Assembly (NCBI GenBank): GCA_964188305.1
Contig: OZ076892.1
Strand: one strand, 5' to 3'
Origin: Podarcis bocagei
Taxonomy: Eukaryota
Length of the DNA stretch: 64,000 nt
Shown: piece after piece, positions 60,563 through 64,000 of the stretch
How positions within the stretch are numbered: the first letter of the stretch is position 1
Layout: the number at the start of each line of letters is the position of its first letter
The notes under the pieces: model-generated
The model's input: only the letters and a program-made list of their open reading frames with translations
Told to the model about the DNA's origin: nothing
Database searches by the model: none
Made by a program: the position numbers and the translations under genes

Positions 60563-63329
60563 AAGAAGTGCATATTTTGTTTCCTACATCCAAAGAGTTA
60601 TACCCTAAGTTTGAGGAGAGGCTTTGAGAATGATATTTGCCTGCCCATTCTGCACCTTTTTAACATTATGCTGTTTGATTGAAGGTTTAAACAAGTATTA
60701 AGGTTGATCTTTATTGCCAGTGCCTACCATGACCACCACTCTTTCTAGCAAGAGGACACACTTTCCCCTTCAAAAGAAGTTTGGCTTTGGGGTTGTCTTT
60801 TGCCTCTGTTCTCCATGGCCTAGTGACCGACTTGAATCACAGTTTATCTATGCTGGCTGGGGCTGATGGAAGCTGTAGTCTGAAACATCTGGAGGGCATC
60901 AAGTTGGCAAAGGCTGTTTCTTGGACATATTGAGAGTCCTGTTGTGCAAGGTAGTCTTGTGGGTTCATAGAGCATCTCTCCTGAGATGCTTCATCTCCAT
61001 ACGATGTTTTGATTTCCATTTTCCATATCCTAGCCTGCTCTATAGCCGTGCTTAGCTGGGTTACTTTAAATGCTCTTTGGAATGACTTCCTAATAATCAA
61101 GTTTTCACTTTTATCTGTCACCTTCCAGCTTTGGTTTTCTATTGCTGTGCCAGGTTTGTGCCAATGTCTGCATATAGGATTGACAAGATGGACTGTTTCA
61201 AGAGGTGGCAGAAAGATATTTCGAAATTTGTCTGGCAGGGCAAAAAGCCCAGAATTAAATTTAAGATATTGACAGATGCCAAAGAAAGAGGGGGGTTTGC
61301 CCTGCCGGATCTAAAATTGTATTATGAAGCAGCTGCGTTTTGTTGGCTGAAAGACTGGATGCTCCTCGAGAACACAGACATGTTGGATTTGGAAGGGTTT
61401 AATAATGCATTTGGTTGGCATGCATATTTATGGTATGACAAAATCAAGGTGCATAGGGCCTTCAAAAACCATATTGTCAGAAAAGCATTGTTTAATGTTT
61501 GGATAAGATACAAAGATTTGTTGGAAAACAAAACCCCTAGATGGTTGTCACCCTTGGAGGCTAAGGCATTGAAGAAACTCAATATGGAGGCCGGATGGCC
61601 AAAGTATTGGGAAATTCTGGAACAGGATGGAGATAAATTGAAATTACAGAGTCATGAGAAACTGAAACCTAAATTACAAGACTGGCTTCAATATTTTCAA
61701 ATAATGGAGGTTTTTAAACAGGACAGGAAAATTGGCTTTCAGGTGGAAAAATCAAAATTAGAGACTGAACTGCTAGAACCCAATACTAAGAATTTGTCAA
61801 GAATGTATAATTTGCTGCTGAAATGGAACACACAAGACGAAACAGTTAAATCGGTTATGATTAAGTGGGCACAGGATGTTGGGCATAATATTATGTTTGC
61901 TGACTGGGAATGGTTGTGGAACACCAGTATTAAATTCACGGCATGTAATGCCATAAAGGAAAACATTATGAAAATGATCTACAGGTGGTACATGACCCCA
62001 GTCAAGCTAGCAAAAATTTATCATTTGCCTGATAATAAGTGTTGGAAATGTAAAGAAACTGAAGGTACTTTCTATCACCTGTGGTGGACGTGCCCGAAGA
62101 TTAAGGCTTTCTGGGAAATGATATATAATGAAATGAAAAAGGTACTTAAATGCACTTTCCCCAAAAAACCAGAGGCCTTTCTCTTGGGCATCGTCAGCCA
62201 ATTGGTGTCAAAGAAGGACAGAACTTTCTTTATGTATGCCACAACAGCAGCAAGAATACTCATCGCAAAGTATTGGAAGACACAAGATCTACCCACCCTG
62301 GAAGAATGGCAGATGAAAGTGATGGACTATATGACATTAGCCGAGATGACTGGCAGAATTCGCGACCAGGGAAAGGAGACGACGGAAGAAGATTGGAAGA
62401 AATTTAAAATTTACCTTAAGGACCACTATAAACTTGTTGAATGTTAGAATGTCAAGGTTTTGAGTAAGAAAGGGTTACAGCGATATAAGATTAGACTAAA
62501 GGAAAGATTAAGAGGACAGAGGACTGACAGAAATATTTAGAGTTGCTAAAAACTTTTGGACATTGGGATGCAGAAAGGGAAGGTATGGGGAAGTCTGAGA
62601 AACATGGTTCATGAAAAGAAGGTTATGAAACTATACATGTGTGTATGTCTTTTTATATGTTTGTATTGTTTTAAAAAATTTGTAAAATCAATAAAAAATT
62701 TATTAAAAAAAAATGTCTGCATATAGGAAATGCATTTTTATGCCTTTTCAGTTCAGAGGCATCTCCACACCTTTCCTCTCCCTGTGACTCAGAGGAGCAC
62801 CAGAGTTCCTGATCTCTTTTATGACTGTGTAAAACAAAGAAGAGGCTAAAACAAATGGTAGTGTGCCTTCACTATGTATGCAGGGGAAGGGCCACGGTAG
62901 CTCAGTGGCAGAGCATCTACCTTGCATGCAGGAGGTCCCCCATGGCATCTCCATGTAGGGTTGGGAGATCCATGCTTGAAAGTCTGGAAAACTGCTGCCA
63001 GTCATTGTGGACAACAGGAGCTGCTTGATATAAGGCAACTTCATGTAGCTGGAGAGAGTAAAGCTGCCACTTCAAATCAGAGCTAGGATTGCCTGCTGTG
63101 ATCACGGGTGACAAGCAGAGCTTAGAAACCCACCTGTACTTCTACAGGCGCTTCTTCCTTAAACAGAGTTAACTTCCTCTCTCCTCCTTCTTCCAGGTAC
63201 CAAAGGCATGGAGTGCTCTCCTTCGACACCCACCATGAACTCCTACTTCTATAAGTTCATGATCAACTTGCTCAAGAGATTCAGCAGTGAGCGGAAGCTC
63301 CTGGAGTTGCGGGGAGCTTTCATCATCAG
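24394..63329 (+). CDS. VAC14: VAC14 (scaffold of the PIKfyve-VAC14-FIG4 PI(3,5)P2 complex), coding exons 1-14; the gene continues past the window end
   Basis: Exons 24394-24497, 25197-25347, 26804-26971, 27496-27558, 29931-30038, 31642-31751, 32249-32355, 32611-32745, 33768-33926, 34653-34713, 38220-38364, 39967-40032, 49957-50113, 63197-63329 (1667 nt, one open frame). The N-terminus [35 protein letters not shown] is diagnostic. HYDIN-VAC14 adjacency matches known vertebrate synteny. Confidence 0.98.
25197..25347 (+). CDS. VAC14: VAC14 exon 2
   Basis: [50 protein letters not shown]. Confidence 0.97.
25563..25946. mobile_element. Young non-autonomous hAT element
   Basis: Perfect 8-bp TSD ATTAAGCT (25555-25562; 25947-25954); imperfect terminal inverted repeats CATAGGCGCCGACT / AGTCCGCGTCCCTG; CpG-rich. 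Confidence 0.85.
26804..26971 (+). CDS. VAC14: VAC14 exon 3
   Basis: [41 protein letters not shown]...FDGLSK. Confidence 0.97.
27496..27558 (+). CDS. VAC14: VAC14 exon 4
   Basis: [21 protein letters not shown]. Confidence 0.97.
28820..29270 (+). mobile_element. CpG-rich LTR-like insertion (boundaries unresolved)
   Basis: About 20 CpGs in about 430 bp, AATAAA near 29031, imperfect terminal inverted match TGAAGTTC...GAACTTAA; no TSD found. Confidence 0.35.
29931..30038 (+). CDS. VAC14: VAC14 exon 5
   Basis: [36 protein letters not shown]. Confidence 0.97.
30811..31146 (-). mobile_element. Sauria SINE
   Basis: Inverted (ACCTT)n tail GTAAGGTAAGGTAAAGGG and body motifs GGTCATGTGGCCAGCATGAC and TTTACCTTCCCACCGCAGCGGTACCTATTTATCT. 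Confidence 0.85.
31642..31751 (+). CDS. VAC14: VAC14 exon 6
   Basis: [36 protein letters not shown]. Confidence 0.97.
32249..32355 (+). CDS. VAC14: VAC14 exon 7
   Basis: [35 protein letters not shown]. Confidence 0.97.
32611..32745 (+). CDS. VAC14: VAC14 exon 8
   Basis: [44 protein letters not shown]; ends at the U12-type donor GTATCCTT. Confidence 0.96.
32774..32811. repeat. (CCT)n microsatellite at the start of the U12 intron
   Basis: About 12 CTC units. Confidence 0.9.
33335..33600 (+). mobile_element. CR1 LINE 3' fragment inside the U12 intron
   Basis: TGGAACTCACT...GATGGCTTTAAAAGA..AGACAAATTCATGGA (WNSL...DGFKR..DKFME) followed by a CR1-type 3'UTR. Confidence 0.7.
33768..33926 (+). 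CDS. VAC14: VAC14 exon 9
   Basis: [22 protein letters not shown]...[10 protein letters not shown]|gtaagt. Confidence 0.95.
34653..34713 (+). CDS. VAC14: VAC14 exon 10
   Basis: ctgcag|GC...CCAG|gtaaaa; [19 protein letters not shown]; phases 1 and 2 fit the neighbours. Confidence 0.9.
36451..36785 (-). mobile_element. RTE-clade LINE 3' end with (GAA)n tail
   Basis: Minus-strand WETL...[21 protein letters not shown] (decayed C-terminal C2H2-like motif), short 3'UTR, then (TTC)n on the plus strand. Confidence 0.75.
38220..38364 (+). CDS. VAC14: VAC14 exon 11
   Basis: [48 protein letters not shown]; ends at the GC donor AAG|gcaagt. Confidence 0.96.
38508..39175. mobile_element. Tigger/pogo-like non-autonomous DNA transposon
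   Basis: Terminal inverted repeats TAGTGGTACCTTGGTT / AACTGAGGTACCACTG, with TA at 38506-38507 and 39176-39177. Confidence 0.85.
39967..40032 (+). CDS. VAC14: VAC14 exon 12
   Basis: [22 protein letters not shown]|gtgagc. Confidence 0.97.
44060..44645 (+). mobile_element. Old L2 fragment interrupted by a nested antisense L2 tail (44185-44232)
   Basis: [14 protein letters not shown]...KLQLVQN // AAKLLTG...LRELHWLPI; the insert is flanked by a CAGAAT duplication. Confidence 0.75.
46877..46890. promoter_or_regulatory. RFX X-box motif GTTGCCGTGGCAAC with adjacent E-boxes
   Basis: One mismatch from the palindromic consensus GTTGCCATGGCAAC; CAGCTG and CACCTG lie within 30 bp upstream. Confidence 0.5.
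46964..47004. repeat. (AG)n microsatellite
   Basis: About 20 AG units. Confidence 0.95.
47672..47972. mobile_element. Palindromic MITE; related copy near 53783-53943
   Basis: CACACCATACATTTAAAGCA ... TGCTTCAAATGTGTGGTGTG inverted ends with internal inverted blocks. Confidence 0.65.
49725..49880 (+). mobile_element. CR1 ORF2 fragment just upstream of VAC14 exon 13
   Basis: [35 protein letters not shown] resembles the CR1 motif LY..LVRPHLEYCVQFWSP. Confidence 0.7.
49957..50113 (+). CDS. VAC14: VAC14 exon 13
   Basis: [21 protein letters not shown]...PSQVGSS G|gtaagt (phase 1). Confidence 0.96.
52470..53145 (-). mobile_element. Degenerate, internally deleted CR1 LINE
   Basis: Minus-strand [14 protein letters not shown]...[14 protein letters not shown] plus CR1 3'UTR remnants. 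Confidence 0.7.
55672..55686 (+). CDS. VAC14: Candidate 15-nt in-frame VAC14 microexon (adds GLRKD)
   Basis: gctttcacag|GGCTTCGCAAAGATG|gtaagt; phase 1-1, no stop; TGC motifs just upstream. Confidence 0.6.
61180..62711 (+). mobile_element. Young 5'-truncated L1-clade LINE (ORF2 C-terminal ~420 aa, 3'UTR, A-tail)
   Basis: Stop-free ORF to 62447 with [25 protein letters not shown] and the zinc knuckle CWKC...HLWWTC; AATAAA 62690-62695; perfect 17-bp TSD AATGTCTGCATATAGGA (61163-61179; 62712-62728). Confidence 0.95.
62889..63046 (+). mobile_element. tRNA-derived SINE (Squam3-like), internally deleted
   Basis: Box A TAGCTCAGTGG, then AGAGCATCT..TTGCATGCAGGAGGTCCC...GGCATCTCCA...CTGCTGCCAGTCA...TATAAGGCAACTTC; box B missing. 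Confidence 0.7.
63197..63329 (+). CDS. VAC14: VAC14 exon 14
   Basis: [43 protein letters not shown]|gtgagg. Confidence 0.97.
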
Positions 63330-63540
63330 GTGAGGCCACATCCCGCCTTGAATTGCCCCCTCTGTGCTTCCAAATGCCTTTCTGGTTTCTGTGTGTTCCT
63401 GTGTACAGGTTTGGAGCCTGCCTCAAGTGCTGGGCTGGGTGGGGCTTAGTTCTCTTCCTGCAACCAGTGGTACCTTCCTCTCAGCTCCCTCATGACCCTT
63501 CTATTGGTGTGAGGTCAGGAGACAGGCTGTCTATGGGCTG

Positions 63541-63772
63541 TCGGTAGTGGCACCTGCCCTGTGGAACACCCTCCCGTCAGATGTCAAGGAAATAAACAAC
63601 TGTCTGACTTTTAGAAGACATCTGAAGGCAGCCCTGTATAGGGAAGCTTTTAATGTTTGCTGTTTTACTGTGTTGGATGTTTTAATTTGTTGGAAACTGC
63701 CCAGAGTGGCTGGGGCAACCCAGTCAGAGGGGCGGCATATAAATAATAAATCATTATATTATTATTATTATT
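63541..63772 (+). mobile_element. L2 LINE 3' end (same family as 23052-23471)
   Basis: SVVAPALWNTLPSDVKEINNCLTFRRHLKAALYREAFNV followed by an (ATT)n tail. Confidence 0.88.
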
Positions 63773-63782
63773 CCTTTGAACT

Positions 63783-64000
63783 TAACATGTGAACATAAAA
63801 ATAGGCCACTGGATCAAGCCAATGGCCCATCTAATCCATCATCCTGATCTCACAGTGGTCATCCAGCTGCCTGTGGGAAACCTGCAAGAAGGATCCGAGC
63901 TCAAGATCAAGCTCCCCTTCTACAAAGTCCGGCAGCTGGTATTCAGAAGCATTGCTGCCTCGCAGCTGCAGAGGCAGCGCCATCGTGGCTACTAGCCATT
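63783..64000 (-). mobile_element. CR1 LINE 3'UTR (runs off the window)
   Basis: AACAT..GAACATAA tail remnant, CTGGATCAAGCCAATGGCCCATCTA, and TGGCTACTAGCCATT. Confidence 0.7.

Noticed and set aside
61131-62447. 438-aa ORF as an independent host gene
   Set aside because: It is the C-terminal part of L1 ORF2, bounded by a TSD and A-tail, with no promoter or RT domain. It is kept only as a mobile element and possible exonisation.
62889-62945. Possible tRNA gene (TAGCTCAGTGG box A)
   Set aside because: No box B or T-arm, and it continues into a SINE body.

Overview
Vertebrate nuclear DNA, almost certainly a squamate (Sauria-SINE and Squam3-like SINEs and squamate-type L2/CR1 tails suggest a lizard, probably lacertid; this is inference). 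Two spliced genes lie in tandem on the + strand. The first is the last 18 coding exons of HYDIN (191-21849, about 1270 codons, one continuous frame ending ...WVYYLKGITPEK*). The second is the CpG-island promoter and first 14 coding exons of VAC14 (ATG 24394; the gene continues beyond the window). VAC14 has one U12-type intron (32746-33767) and one GC-AG intron (38365-39966), and its promoter carries two inverted CLEAR/E-box motifs and a YY1-like site. The most interesting stretch is VAC14 intron 13 (phase 1). It holds a candidate in-frame 15-nt microexon (GLRKD), a candidate 20-nt stop-containing microexon, and a young 5'-truncated L1 with a perfect 17-bp target-site duplication (TSD), whose ORF2 tail is in frame with VAC14 through an adjacent cryptic acceptor. 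The introns also carry many L2, CR1, RTE, Penelope, SINE and MITE remnants. Most short ORFs in the supplied track are spurious. All calls are by eye; no database search was run.
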